This document shows positions 28,151 through 36,909 of a DNA stretch of 64,000 nucleotides, one piece after another; the stretch's first letter is position 1, and each line of letters begins with the position of its first letter. The position numbers were made by a program, and so were the translations under genes. Source of the stretch: an uncultured Christensenellaceae bacterium (GTDB lineage: Bacteria; Bacillota; Clostridia; Christensenellales; CAG-314). The DNA lies in the NCBI GenBank assembly GCA_910586625.1, contig CAJUIZ010000003.1:55254-119253 (forward strand), read 5' to 3'. The notes under the pieces are model-generated. The model worked only from the letters and a program-made list of their open reading frames with translations. It had not been told where the DNA came from and did not search any database.

Positions 28151-28267
28151 GCAGGTGTGGTGGAATACTCGACTTCGTCTCGTGGCGTTCGCGACTGTCG
28201 TCGCTCGGCTAAGGGCAGACGCGTTGGACGCGTGAGATTGTAGGTATTAACCTAACTGTACTGTAAC
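28151..28267 (+). pseudogene. disrupted, truncated tRNA-Leu copy with a 47-nt repeat module in the D-loop
   Basis: GCAGGTGTGGTGGAAT (28151-28166) and GGCAGACGCGTTGGAC (28214-28229) are identical to positions 1-16 and 17-32 of the intact gene. They are separated by ACTCGACTTCGTCTCGTGGCGTTCGCGACTGTCGTCGCTCGGCTAAG, an M3 module. Similarity decays after the anticodon stem. Confidence 0.7.
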
Positions 28268-28353
28268 GCAGGTGTGGTGGAATGGCAGACGCGTTGGACT
28301 CAAAATCCAATGTAGGTGACTACGTGTGGGTTCAAGTCCCACCACCTGCACCA
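28268..28353 (+). tRNA. tRNA-Leu, anticodon CAA, CCA encoded
   Basis: GCAGGTG TG GTGGAATGGCAGACGC G TTGGA CTCAAAA TCCAA TGTAGGTGACTACGT GTGGG TTCAAGT CCCAC CACCTGC A CCA. Confidence 0.9.
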
Positions 28354-28383
28354 TTAACGGAGCGATTTGCTTCGAAGTTAAAA

Positions 28384-28410
28384 AGGAACACATTGCCGTG
28401 TTCCTTTTTG
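28384..28410. terminator. rho-independent terminator after tRNA-Leu
   Basis: AGGAACAC-attgcc-GTGTTCCT followed by TTTT, with an A-run upstream. It could also terminate the convergent XRE gene. Confidence 0.6.
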
Positions 28411-28447
28411 TCTATCATTGTGCTATTAATTTACAACTTATTGTACT

Positions 28448-28885
28448 CTATTCTCTACCCAGCAAGAAATCTATCGAACAGTTGAAATAGTTTTTAAGTA
28501 TAATCAGATTATCAACCGTCGGTAACCGCTTGCCGTTATACCAATCGTCAACTCTTGAAGGAGCAAGCTTCGTTTCTTGACACAGCTTGTAACGGGTAAC
28601 GTTATTTAGAACTAAAATGTTTCTAAAAACTTCGCAAAAGTTTTTATCCGAACGGTAGTTGGCGTTTTCGTTATACGGCGCAAAACCCAGTAACGCATCA
28701 ATAGAACAATTGCACACGTTTGCAATTTTTATCAAATTTGACGTTGAAGGCAAACGCTCTTTGCGTTTGTAACGATAAATTTCGGAAACGTTTATTCCGA
28801 CCTTATCGGCAAATTGTTCAAGCGTAAGTTTTTGGTCAAAAATCAGGTCTGAAATACTTTCGGCAAAGTTCGACAAAATATCCAT
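28448..28885 (-). CDS. tandem-HTH XRE family regulator
   Basis: Two HTH_XRE-like halves (LTLEQFADKVGINVSEIYRYKR... and VTRYKLCQETKLAPSRVDDWYNG...), each ending in CSID.LLG. Confidence 0.8.
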   Translation of the reverse strand: MDILSNFAESISDLIFDQKLTLEQFADKVGINVSEIYRYKRKERLPSTSNLIKIANVCNCSIDALLGFAPYNENANYRSDKNFCEVFRNILVLNNVTRYKLCQETKLAPSRVDDWYNGKRLPTVDNLIILKNYFNCSIDFLLGRE

Positions 28886-29018
28886 AAATTATTCCCTTCT
28901 TTTTTTATATTATCCCCCATCGATACCAAAAATAATTGCTTTTGGAAGTTGTGGGTGGTATAATTTATATGTTGTTGAAAGCGCGCTCAACAAACATAAT
29001 TAAAAGGAGAAGCAAACA

Positions 29019-29246
29019 ATGAAACAAAACGGACAAACGACTGCGCACACTATGATAACGGAAATGGAAATTTCTGACGCTGACTTTGTTTTCAAAGTAA
29101 ACACGGAAGATATTTTATTGGATTTGAAATTTTTGATTAAAGAGTATTACTGCGGAACGTTTACCAACGACGGGAAAAGCCTGATAATGCAATTCAATAA
29201 CGGGCAGAAGTTTATTTTAGACTTAAAAGAAATAACAAAAGAATAA
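29019..29246 (+). CDS. small hypothetical protein (75 aa)
   Basis: Strong RBS AAAGGAGA, divergent from the XRE gene. No family recognised. Confidence 0.5.
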   Translation: MKQNGQTTAHTMITEMEISDADFVFKVNTEDILLDLKFLIKEYYCGTFTNDGKSLIMQFNNGQKFILDLKEITKE

Positions 29247-29348
29247 TCAGCAAAAAAATACAATTATATAATAAAAGTAAGTCGCTGTAAGTGGCTTACT
29301 TTTTATTGCGAAAAGTTTATTTCTGTGCTATACTGAAACAGCCAATAT

Positions 29349-29424
29349 CTACCCGTAGTCTAATTGGATAAAATTACGCCCTCCGACGGCGTTGTTTCGG
29401 GTTCGAGTCCCGACGGGTAGACCA
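29349..29424 (+). tRNA. tRNA-Arg, anticodon CCG, CCA encoded
   Basis: CTACCCG TA GTCT AATTGGATA AAAT T ACGCC CTCCGAC GGCGT TGTT TCGGG TTCGAGT CCCGA CGGGTAG A CCA. There is one D-stem mismatch and a 4-nt variable region. Confidence 0.8.
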
Positions 29425-29433
29425 GTTTCGCAG
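29404..29433 (+). repeat. 30-bp direct repeat, copy 1 (tRNA-Arg 3' end plus 9 nt of flank)
   Basis: CGAGTCCCGACGGGTAGACCAGTTTCGCAG, identical to 29627-29656. Confidence 0.9.
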
Positions 29434-29537
29434 GCATCGGTAAGCTGCATAAAAAAGGACGCATTTATTTGCGTTCTTTTTTATATTGCCTTGTGTTTCA
29501 TCGCCTTGCCGTAAACCCTTAGGTACGGTCCGAAATA

Positions 29538-29627
29538 CTTCGCTGCGCTTCGTGGCGTTCGCAATCTTCGATTGCTCGGCTAAGAACGTAGCGTTCCGCT
29601 TTGCTCCACGTACCGACTTCGTCGGAC
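29538..29627 (+). repeat. hairpin modules (M3 plus an M1-like module) between the direct repeats
   Basis: CTTCGTGGCGTTCGCAATCTTCGATTGCTCGGCTAAG is followed by TTGCTCCACGTACCGACTTCGTCGGAC, which runs directly into the duplicated tRNA 3' fragment. Confidence 0.7.
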
Positions 29628-29656
29628 GAGTCCCGACGGGTAGACCAGTTTCGCAG
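29627..29656 (+). repeat. 30-bp direct repeat, copy 2
   Basis: Exact copy of 29404-29433. Confidence 0.9.
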
Positions 29657-29756
29657 ATTCGGTTGGAATCGCAACGCAAAAAGGGAACGGTTTAACTTCC
29701 GCTCCCTTTTATTACGTTTCTCGCATATGCGCGCTATCGGCGAGTTTCCAAATGTA

Positions 29757-30245
29757 TTACAAAACTTCGGCTAATTTCTTGACGCTGCAACCCTTGCTCG
29801 CATAATACTGCAGCATTCCTTCAATTTTACTCTTATCATAGCTTGTAATGCAATCCGACAAAACGTTAACAGCATAGCCTTCTTTAACCATATTATAGCA
29901 CGTTGATTTTACGCAAGCTATAGCGTCGGCACCGGTTACGTAGAACTCGCCGATTCCGTTTTTATTTATAAACTCAGCAAATTCTTCGCTGGTAAGCGCG
30001 TTGCCCTTCGTCTTTGTAAATATACTGTCGGATACGATTTTCAATTCGGGAACCAATTGTTCGCCGCGAGTATTAGGCTTGAAAGTTCTTGTGGCGACAG
30101 TTATATTATTGTGCTTGATATAAACCACATAGATATTGTTTGCAACAGCCCAATCGATTGCCGAGTTAATATTGCCGATAATTTCCTTATAATTCTTGGT
30201 AATATCGTTTTGAATGTCAATAACCACAAGCGCCTTATTCCGCAT
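29757..30245 (-). CDS. isochorismatase family cysteine hydrolase
   Basis: ALVVIDIQND and VTGADAIACV (nucleophile Cys) motifs; 162 aa; GGAGA RBS. Confidence 0.85.
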   Translation of the reverse strand: MRNKALVVIDIQNDITKNYKEIIGNINSAIDWAVANNIYVVYIKHNNITVATRTFKPNTRGEQLVPELKIVSDSIFTKTKGNALTSEEFAEFINKNGIGEFYVTGADAIACVKSTCYNMVKEGYAVNVLSDCITSYDKSKIEGMLQYYASKGCSVKKLAEVL

Positions 30246-30560
30246 AATTTGTCTCCGTTTGTTTTAATTGAATTAACCGTTTCAGTCTTAAACTATTTAT
30301 ATCCTACACGAACAAAATATATCGCAATATTTTATTATCAACGTGATACGATGTAATAGCGGGTAATTTATAGCAGTTTGTTGTAGATAATCGCAGTTAA
30401 TAGTTGTCCGTATGCTATTGTAGCATATATGCCGCAATTATTCAAGCGCGCGCACCGCTTCAAAAAAATATAATTAACAGCCGCAAAACTCCCAACGTTA
30501 TTACCGCGGCGCGATTTTTAATGTGTTTTTTAGTTGAATGGAAACAAATGAAAATCAAGA

Positions 30561-30596
30561 ACGGACCGATTGCAAAAGTTTTCGCAATGGGTCCGT
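30561..30596 (-). terminator. terminator at the end of the GH30/ABC operon
   Basis: On the minus strand: ACGGACCCATTGC-loop-GCAATCGGTCCGT followed by a T-rich tract, about 90 nt after the GH30 stop. Confidence 0.5.
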
Positions 30597-30683
30597 TGCC
30601 GTTTGTATTATTTGGAGCAGCATCCGACTATACCCGTCGTTCAAACAGGTAAGCCCGACTTGAATTTTAACCGTATATGCGAG

Positions 30684-32027
30684 TTAATCCAAAATCGTCA
30701 TAATGGAGTGCGGACGCATAGTAAACTTAACTCCCTTGCCGTCCACCGTCAAAGTCACTGCGCGACGGCGGCTGGACGTGTTTTCTATTACCGTAACCTT
30801 GTGCCCGTCGGGATTTTCAAAGGCGACGGAATACAGCTGTTCGGCGTCGTTTCCGCAATACAGCCTTGTAGCGCCCGCGTCGATAAACTTGGAAAAGTGC
30901 GCTATATAGTAGTAGCTGGACATAAAATTGAGCTGTCCGTTTTCTACGTCCACCATAATGGGCGCTTCGCAATAATTTCCGACGTATGTAGGTCCGCCCT
31001 TAGTGTCCAAGCACAGGTTCCAATCGATCCAACCTTCGGAATAGTTATTGAAGTCGTTTATTATATGCCTACCGTAGCGTTCGCCGTGCTCCCATCTGCC
31101 CATGTAGGACTGTTTGCCGGTAGTCGAATCGTGAGCGATTTCGGCGCAGCATTCCGTTAAAAACAACGCTTTGTCGGGTGCTAACGCGTGCACTACGGAT
31201 AAATTTTCGCTTTGCGTTCCGCAATACCAATGATAGCCAATGCCCCACACAAGCTCGCGTACGCCCTTTAACGCGAAGGACGACATAACGCGGCGAACTA
31301 TTACGTCGCGGTTGTGATCCCACAGGATAATTTTGACATTTTCCATTCCGTTACGGACGAGCGCGGGATGAAGATAGTCGCGTATAAATTCCGCTTCTTC
31401 TTCCGCAGTGTAGATGCACGACTCCCAACGCTGAACGGCTTCGGGCTCGTTTTGAACGGACAGGCAATCGACGGTAATACCGCGCTTGGCAAGCTCGCCT
31501 ATAAACTTACAGTAATACTCCGCCCAGCTGACTTTATACTCGTCCAACAGTTTGCCGCCGTGCTGCAATTCGTTGTTGCTTTTCATCCAAGCCGGCGGAC
31601 TCCACGTGGACACCATCGTAAATAAACCGCCCGCCGTTTGGGCGCATTCGCGGTAGAAATCGAAACGCTTGTCGTCCCACGACACGTCGAAGCTGTCCAA
31701 CTTATCGTCGTAATCGCGTACGTATGTTTTGGGCTCTACCGAAAAGTCCGTAGTGTGCATCGGTATGCGCGCCATACCGTAGCGCAAGCCGTCCTTGGAA
31801 AAGTATGCGTCAATCAAACGTTTCCGTACGTCGGCAGGCAAAGCGTCGGCGTTGCGCCAAGCCGCTTCCGTAAACGCGCCGCCGAAGCCGCGCAGACGTT
31901 GAAAACGCTGAGAAGAATCCACTACTACGTTGCAATCGCTGCCGCCCACGTTGCTTTCCAATGGGCGTAGCTTGATTTTTTTCAAATAATATTTACTGCT
32001 TTTTTGCGTTATATATGCGGTTAACAT
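30684..32027 (-). CDS. glycoside hydrolase family 30 (glucosylceramidase-like), cytoplasmic form
   Basis: GFGGAFTEA, WSPPAWMK and LSVQNEPE (acid/base Glu) motifs. Start ATG 32027 has a GGAGAAG RBS 7 nt after the upstream stop. I trimmed the track start 32159. Confidence 0.85.
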   Translation of the reverse strand: MLTAYITQKSSKYYLKKIKLRPLESNVGGSDCNVVVDSSQRFQRLRGFGGAFTEAAWRNADALPADVRKRLIDAYFSKDGLRYGMARIPMHTTDFSVEPKTYVRDYDDKLDSFDVSWDDKRFDFYRECAQTAGGLFTMVSTWSPPAWMKSNNELQHGGKLLDEYKVSWAEYYCKFIGELAKRGITVDCLSVQNEPEAVQRWESCIYTAEEEAEFIRDYLHPALVRNGMENVKIILWDHNRDVIVRRVMSSFALKGVRELVWGIGYHWYCGTQSENLSVVHALAPDKALFLTECCAEIAHDSTTGKQSYMGRWEHGERYGRHIINDFNNYSEGWIDWNLCLDTKGGPTYVGNYCEAPIMVDVENGQLNFMSSYYYIAHFSKFIDAGATRLYCGNDAEQLYSVAFENPDGHKVTVIENTSSRRRAVTLTVDGKGVKFTMRPHSIMTILD

Positions 32028-32034
32028 TGACTTA

Positions 32035-33477
32035 TCACTTCTCCGTAAACATAATTTTGAGCAAGCCGTCCCATTCTTGGAATGAATACGTTCTGCTGCC
32101 GACTGTAAATTCTGTTCCGAACTGCTCGGTAGCGTCCTTGCCGACTTCGGCGCAAACACTGCCGAAAAACAGTCTTATATCATACCAAACGCCTGCTTCG
32201 CCCTTGCCCTTTAAGCCGATAGTATACACGTACTTTCCGTCGACGATACGGTACTGCGCTTCCATAATCTTTTCCGTACTGCCTGCCGTCACGGCAAGCG
32301 TCGGTATCGGGTTGTCGCCGAAAATTTTGCTTACCGTAACGGTAAGAGCTTCGTTTTGCGCGTCGAAAGCAACCGTGTAATTGCAATAATCGTATGCCGA
32401 AACGGGCGGATAATCGTAGTATACCTTTAACTGCCCTTCGAAATCGGCAAAAGAATATTTAATGCCGTTTGTTCCCGTGACGCCGTTTTTAGTCCCCACG
32501 TCCGAGCCGTTCCATTCGCACGGAACGTCGCCTATCATTGCGCCGCGATAGGCAAAGCACACGTCGTACCACTTGCCGGCTGTGATAAGATTAGAACAAT
32601 CGAATCGCATAACCGCCGTGCCGTCCTTCCAAACGGTGTCGCAGCCGTAAATTTCGTCGCCGAAATCGTTTTTTACAAACATCTGCAAATGCTCGGCGTT
32701 GCTTTGCGCCAATTGACTGTCGGCAACGGGGGTTACCGAAACGCTCATCGTGGGTACGCCGTCGACTTCCGCCAAATTTACGGATATGCCGTCAATTTGC
32801 GAAAATACGCTATCCGAAAGGGAAACGGGCGCGGAAATAATAGTAAGCAAACCGTTCTTGGCTGTGGTTACCGAATAATAATACTTGTCGGCATCGAATT
32901 CCGTTTCCGGAATGATATATTCCTGTTCGGTAATTTTAAGTCCTGTTCTTACCGCGGTTGCATTTGCGTCAAATACTGCTGCATCGGAAGAATACACCGC
33001 TCTTCCCGTAGGGTCGCAAAACGAACTCCACGAAACGTCGAAAGAAAAACCGAAATCGAAGGTTACCACGTCGTTGACGTCCTTTTTCATAGACGGAAAC
33101 ATACTGGGCGCGGTTATGGGAAGGACCGCTTCCTTGCTGCCTACCACCCACAAAAAGTATTCTTCGCTAAGCGACAACGGCAGCGTAAACGTTATGTGCG
33201 CGTTATCGCCGTTTACAGTCTTGGTTACATTGACGGGAACGTCGTCGCTTTTTAACCTGTCGCGCTCGACGAAATACACCTTGACGGCTTCGTCGCCGCA
33301 ATCCACGTCAAATTCGAAGCGGTAAGTATTTACGCCCTGCTGCGTCATTACCACGTCGGATAACGTATACGTTACGTAATCGCCGTCGCTGTCGCGAACG
33401 GGCACGCACGCAGAAAGCGCGACAGCCGCAGTTATTACCGCAATAATCAAGAAAGACAATATCTTAAATCTTCTCAT
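32035..33477 (-). CDS. lipoprotein of unknown function with WY-x-[IV]-[RC] beta-sandwich-like modules
   Basis: Lipobox ALSAC. Contains KWYDVCFAY and VWYDIRLFF blocks that resemble the repeat modules of the 1893-aa protein. Confidence 0.7.
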   Translation of the reverse strand: MRRFKILSFLIIAVITAAVALSACVPVRDSDGDYVTYTLSDVVMTQQGVNTYRFEFDVDCGDEAVKVYFVERDRLKSDDVPVNVTKTVNGDNAHITFTLPLSLSEEYFLWVVGSKEAVLPITAPSMFPSMKKDVNDVVTFDFGFSFDVSWSSFCDPTGRAVYSSDAAVFDANATAVRTGLKITEQEYIIPETEFDADKYYYSVTTAKNGLLTIISAPVSLSDSVFSQIDGISVNLAEVDGVPTMSVSVTPVADSQLAQSNAEHLQMFVKNDFGDEIYGCDTVWKDGTAVMRFDCSNLITAGKWYDVCFAYRGAMIGDVPCEWNGSDVGTKNGVTGTNGIKYSFADFEGQLKVYYDYPPVSAYDYCNYTVAFDAQNEALTVTVSKIFGDNPIPTLAVTAGSTEKIMEAQYRIVDGKYVYTIGLKGKGEAGVWYDIRLFFGSVCAEVGKDATEQFGTEFTVGSRTYSFQEWDGLLKIMFTEK

Positions 33478-33486
33478 AATTACTCC

Positions 33487-35037
33487 TTAACAAACGAAGG
33501 TCGCCATACTTTGCGGAACCATATCGTAGCTTATAAATTTTCCGCCGATTACAATATCTATCGGCGCGGAGTTGGTTTCGCTTGTATTGCATACGACTAC
33601 TACTATCGCTCCGTCCGCGCGATAGTACGCAGCAACGCACAGGTCGCTGTAATCGGTAGTAGCCAACAGCCCCTTGCAGGGCGTTCCGTCTACTTCGTAT
33701 AAAAACTTGGACATATGCGCCATAGCGTAATAAGCGGACGACTTTTTGTATTTGTAAATTTTTACACCCTGACGGTTGACTTCGTCGAGAGATATGACTC
33801 CGTAGCATTCGTTGCCGTGCTGCGCGGGGGTAGGCTGTCCGTCGCTTGTCAAGACGAAGTTCCAATACATCGATCCCGAACAGCCGTTCCACGACTCGTC
33901 GTCGTAGTTATACTGAACAGAGCAAGGGTTAATAACGATATTTTTGCAAGCGTAGGTTAGATTTGCGGCAAAGTCGTTGCTTCCCGAGCTTTCGGTAATC
34001 TCGGTAATAATGGAACCTTTACCGTATTGGCGGCTTAACAGTTCTATTCCGACTTTCAGTCCGTTTTGACTGGCGGAATCGAAATAGCCGTCTCCGCTGT
34101 AACCGTGCAAGCCCGCCATAGCGGAATACTTGGAAGCTCCGCTTCCTTCGCCGTAAATTTCTTCGAAATAAATATCCGCAGCCGAGCCCGTGCCGTAGTT
34201 GAAGTCCCAAGCGACGATATCTACGTCCAAATCGGCGGCTTTGAGTTTTTCTCCCGTAAGACGGGTGATTTCCGCCGCTTCCACAGGGTTCATATCCATT
34301 GTAGGATAACTCAACGCGCCCACGCTCGGCTCGTTCAAAATAGTAAGAGAGCTGATGGTTATACCCTGTTTAGCGTATTCTGTGACGAATTTTACCAAAT
34401 AATCGGCGTATACTTCATACATACCGTCCAACAGCGAGCCGCCGCCGACAAGAGAACTGCCCTTCATCCAAGCGGGAGCCGACCAAGGGCTTGCCATAAA
34501 TTTGACGTTCGGATTGATTGTCAACACTTCCTTTAATACCGCGATAATATCTTGGTCGCGGTCGAGATTGAAGCGTTCCAAGTTCATATCCGTTTCGCCG
34601 CTCGGCACGTCGTCGCAGGTAAAATAGCTCGTACCCGAGATATAATCGCTTGCTCCTATCGGTATACGAATCATTGTAAAGTTAGCTCCGTCTTTGCCGA
34701 ACAAATCGTTCAAAACGTCCCTGCGCGTCTCGGCGTCGCAGCCGTGCATAAGCAGATACGCGCTGGAATGAGTCATCGAAGCCCCGTTGCCCATATACTC
34801 CTGATAGGTTTTGTCGGTGCTTACGAATATAGTTTGCCGAGAATAGTCTTCTTCCGTATAATTCTTAAATTCCAACGACGACTTACGTCCGAGCAAGCTC
34901 GCCTTGGTACCCGTAGTTTCGTAGACGGACGCTTTGTTCGGATGAGCGTAACGCACTTCGCTGCAAGACGCTAAAACCGATACAGACAAAAGCAGTAAAA
35001 CCGCCGTTAGTAACGCGAACAACCGTTTTATTTTCAT
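33487..35037 (-). CDS. glycoside hydrolase family 30, lipoprotein form
   Basis: Lipobox LASC. GNGASMT, WSAPAWMK and LTILNEPS motifs. Confidence 0.85.
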   Translation of the reverse strand: MKIKRLFALLTAVLLLLSVSVLASCSEVRYAHPNKASVYETTGTKASLLGRKSSLEFKNYTEEDYSRQTIFVSTDKTYQEYMGNGASMTHSSAYLLMHGCDAETRRDVLNDLFGKDGANFTMIRIPIGASDYISGTSYFTCDDVPSGETDMNLERFNLDRDQDIIAVLKEVLTINPNVKFMASPWSAPAWMKGSSLVGGGSLLDGMYEVYADYLVKFVTEYAKQGITISSLTILNEPSVGALSYPTMDMNPVEAAEITRLTGEKLKAADLDVDIVAWDFNYGTGSAADIYFEEIYGEGSGASKYSAMAGLHGYSGDGYFDSASQNGLKVGIELLSRQYGKGSIITEITESSGSNDFAANLTYACKNIVINPCSVQYNYDDESWNGCSGSMYWNFVLTSDGQPTPAQHGNECYGVISLDEVNRQGVKIYKYKKSSAYYAMAHMSKFLYEVDGTPCKGLLATTDYSDLCVAAYYRADGAIVVVVCNTSETNSAPIDIVIGGKFISYDMVPQSMATFVC

Positions 35038-35052
35038 AAAGTCTCCTTAACG

Positions 35053-36906
35053 CTAAAATAACCGAATATCCAAATCGGTATCGTATACGGCCAATTTGTC
35101 AAAATCCAAACCGATATGTACTTCGTCGGGCAAATCCTTTGCTTCTACGCAGAAGGTAACTCCGTTTGACAAGCGCAGCTGCGCAAACGTATGAGAACCG
35201 TAATCGAGAACGCGTTCCACCGTTGCGGGTATATCGCCGTCTAAGTGAATTGCCGACGAGTCGGTTACGAAAGAAAGGCGTTTTTTCAAAATAGATCTGC
35301 CGCGGTCGTACATTTTACGATTAAACTCGTAGGGCGTTTCCGCTTCTACTCCGCAGCAGACAATAAAGTGTTTCAGTTCCTTTTCCACCTTTCTGCGGAC
35401 GTATCCGCCCGACAGCTTAAGCTCCGTTTGTACAGGCTCTGCCGCGACGCTGCCGTCAATATCGGTAAAAGTCGCTTTGTGCAGCGCAATGCTTATTTTT
35501 ACCGCGTCGCCCACGCTGCGAGCTTCGTTGCTTAAACAGAAAACGCGCGAATTGCCGCAACTAATACGGTACACGCGAGAGCCGTAAACAGTTTCCGCTT
35601 CTTCCACTATGCCGTCGCGACCGTTATCGTCGAAATAAACGGACTCGGCAGGAATGCCGACGGAGTACTCGCCGTCAGTCAAACAGTCCAAAGCCTTAGG
35701 CAACTGCATATCCGCAGACAAAATGTGTAATTTGCCCTTTTTAACCTTCGCGGAAAGGTTGACCGTCGGAACACGCGTCTTGATTGTGCGTTCGGTTTCG
35801 GCGTCGAACAAATGAATTTTTGCGGTATCGACGGTAAAAGCGACCTGCGAATTTATTTCAACATCCGCGTTGCCAACGTCGGAAACGCAAAATGCGGTTT
35901 TGCTGCTTTCCGTCAAAAGCTCGTCCGGGTCGGTATTAGCGTAAATAAGAGTTTGACTGCCCAACTGTTCTACCAATGCTACCGTAGCGGTAACGGACGA
36001 CGCGCCCGCGTTAGCGCAGGACTTCATATCTTCGGGTCGCACGCCCATAATTACAGGTTTTACACCGTCGATATATCTCTCGTCTATATGATAAGTATGT
36101 TCGGCAGGGATACGCAGCTTGAAATGCTTATGGTTTACGACGACGCTTGCGCCTTCGCCGCGAGTAAGCGTCACTTCGAAGAAATTCATCTGCGGAGTGC
36201 CTATAAAGCCCGCCACGAATTTGTTTTCCGGATACATATACAGATTTTGCGGAGTGTCCGTCTGCTGAACGAAGCCGTCCTTCATAACCACTATTCTGTC
36301 GCCCATAGTCATAGCTTCCACCTGATCGTGGGTTACGTAAATGAATGTAGTTTGAAGACGCTTGTGAAGCTTGGTTATTTCCGTACGCATTCGGGCGCGC
36401 AGCTTCGCATCCAAGTTAGACAACGGCTCGTCGAACAGGAATACGTTTGGCTCGCGCACTATCGCGCGTCCGAGAGCCACTCGTTGACGCTGTCCGCCCG
36501 ATAACGCCTTGGGCTTGCGGTCCAAATACTCGCTTATACCGAGAGTCGCCGCGGCTTCGCGCACCTTGCGGTCTATCTCGTCCTTGGGAACCTTGTGCAT
36601 ACGCAAGCCGAAAGATATATTGTCGTACACGGTCATATTGGGAAACAAAGCGTAGTTTTGAAAAACCATCGAAATATTGCGGTTTTTAGGCTCTATCTGA
36701 TTGAACAGCTTGTCGCCAATCCACAGTTCTCCCGCGGTTATTTCTTCCAACCCCGCAACCATACGAAGCGTTGTGGATTTACCGCATCCCGAAGGTCCTA
36801 CAAATACGATAAACTCCTTGTCGGCAATTTCCAAATTAAAATCGGATACCGCTTTAACCTTGCCGTCGTATACTTTGTAAATATGTCTTAAAGATAATTT
36901 TGCCAT
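35053..36906 (-). CDS. sugar ABC transporter ATP-binding protein (MsmK/MalK-like) with a C-terminal extension of about 250 aa
   Basis: GPSGCGKST, LSGGQRQR and FDEPLSNLD motifs. The protein is 617 aa, whereas this family is usually about 370 aa. Confidence 0.9.
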   Translation of the reverse strand: MAKLSLRHIYKVYDGKVKAVSDFNLEIADKEFIVFVGPSGCGKSTTLRMVAGLEEITAGELWIGDKLFNQIEPKNRNISMVFQNYALFPNMTVYDNISFGLRMHKVPKDEIDRKVREAAATLGISEYLDRKPKALSGGQRQRVALGRAIVREPNVFLFDEPLSNLDAKLRARMRTEITKLHKRLQTTFIYVTHDQVEAMTMGDRIVVMKDGFVQQTDTPQNLYMYPENKFVAGFIGTPQMNFFEVTLTRGEGASVVVNHKHFKLRIPAEHTYHIDERYIDGVKPVIMGVRPEDMKSCANAGASSVTATVALVEQLGSQTLIYANTDPDELLTESSKTAFCVSDVGNADVEINSQVAFTVDTAKIHLFDAETERTIKTRVPTVNLSAKVKKGKLHILSADMQLPKALDCLTDGEYSVGIPAESVYFDDNGRDGIVEEAETVYGSRVYRISCGNSRVFCLSNEARSVGDAVKISIALHKATFTDIDGSVAAEPVQTELKLSGGYVRRKVEKELKHFIVCCGVEAETPYEFNRKMYDRGRSILKKRLSFVTDSSAIHLDGDIPATVERVLDYGSHTFAQLRLSNGVTFCVEAKDLPDEVHIGLDFDKLAVYDTDLDIRLF

Positions 36907-36909
36907 TTT

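Noticed and set aside
28167-28213. Interpreting the 47-nt insert in the tRNA-Leu copy as a tRNA intron
   Set aside because: Bacterial tRNA introns are group I, longer than 200 nt and located in the anticodon loop. This insert is a member of the dispersed M3 repeat family in the D-loop, and the host copy lacks a T-arm.
29404-29656. Calling the tRNA-Arg duplication an integrated prophage or ICE
   Set aside because: Only 193 bp lie between the repeats, and no integrase, excisionase or phage gene is present anywhere in the window. I report it as an att-like scar or mini-element only.
29374-29695. ORFs 29374-29679(-) and 29486-29695(+) next to tRNA-Arg
   Set aside because: They overlap the tRNA gene, its terminator and the repeat modules, and they translate the modules into the typical pseudo-peptides (..FAIFDCSAKN..RFAPRTD..).
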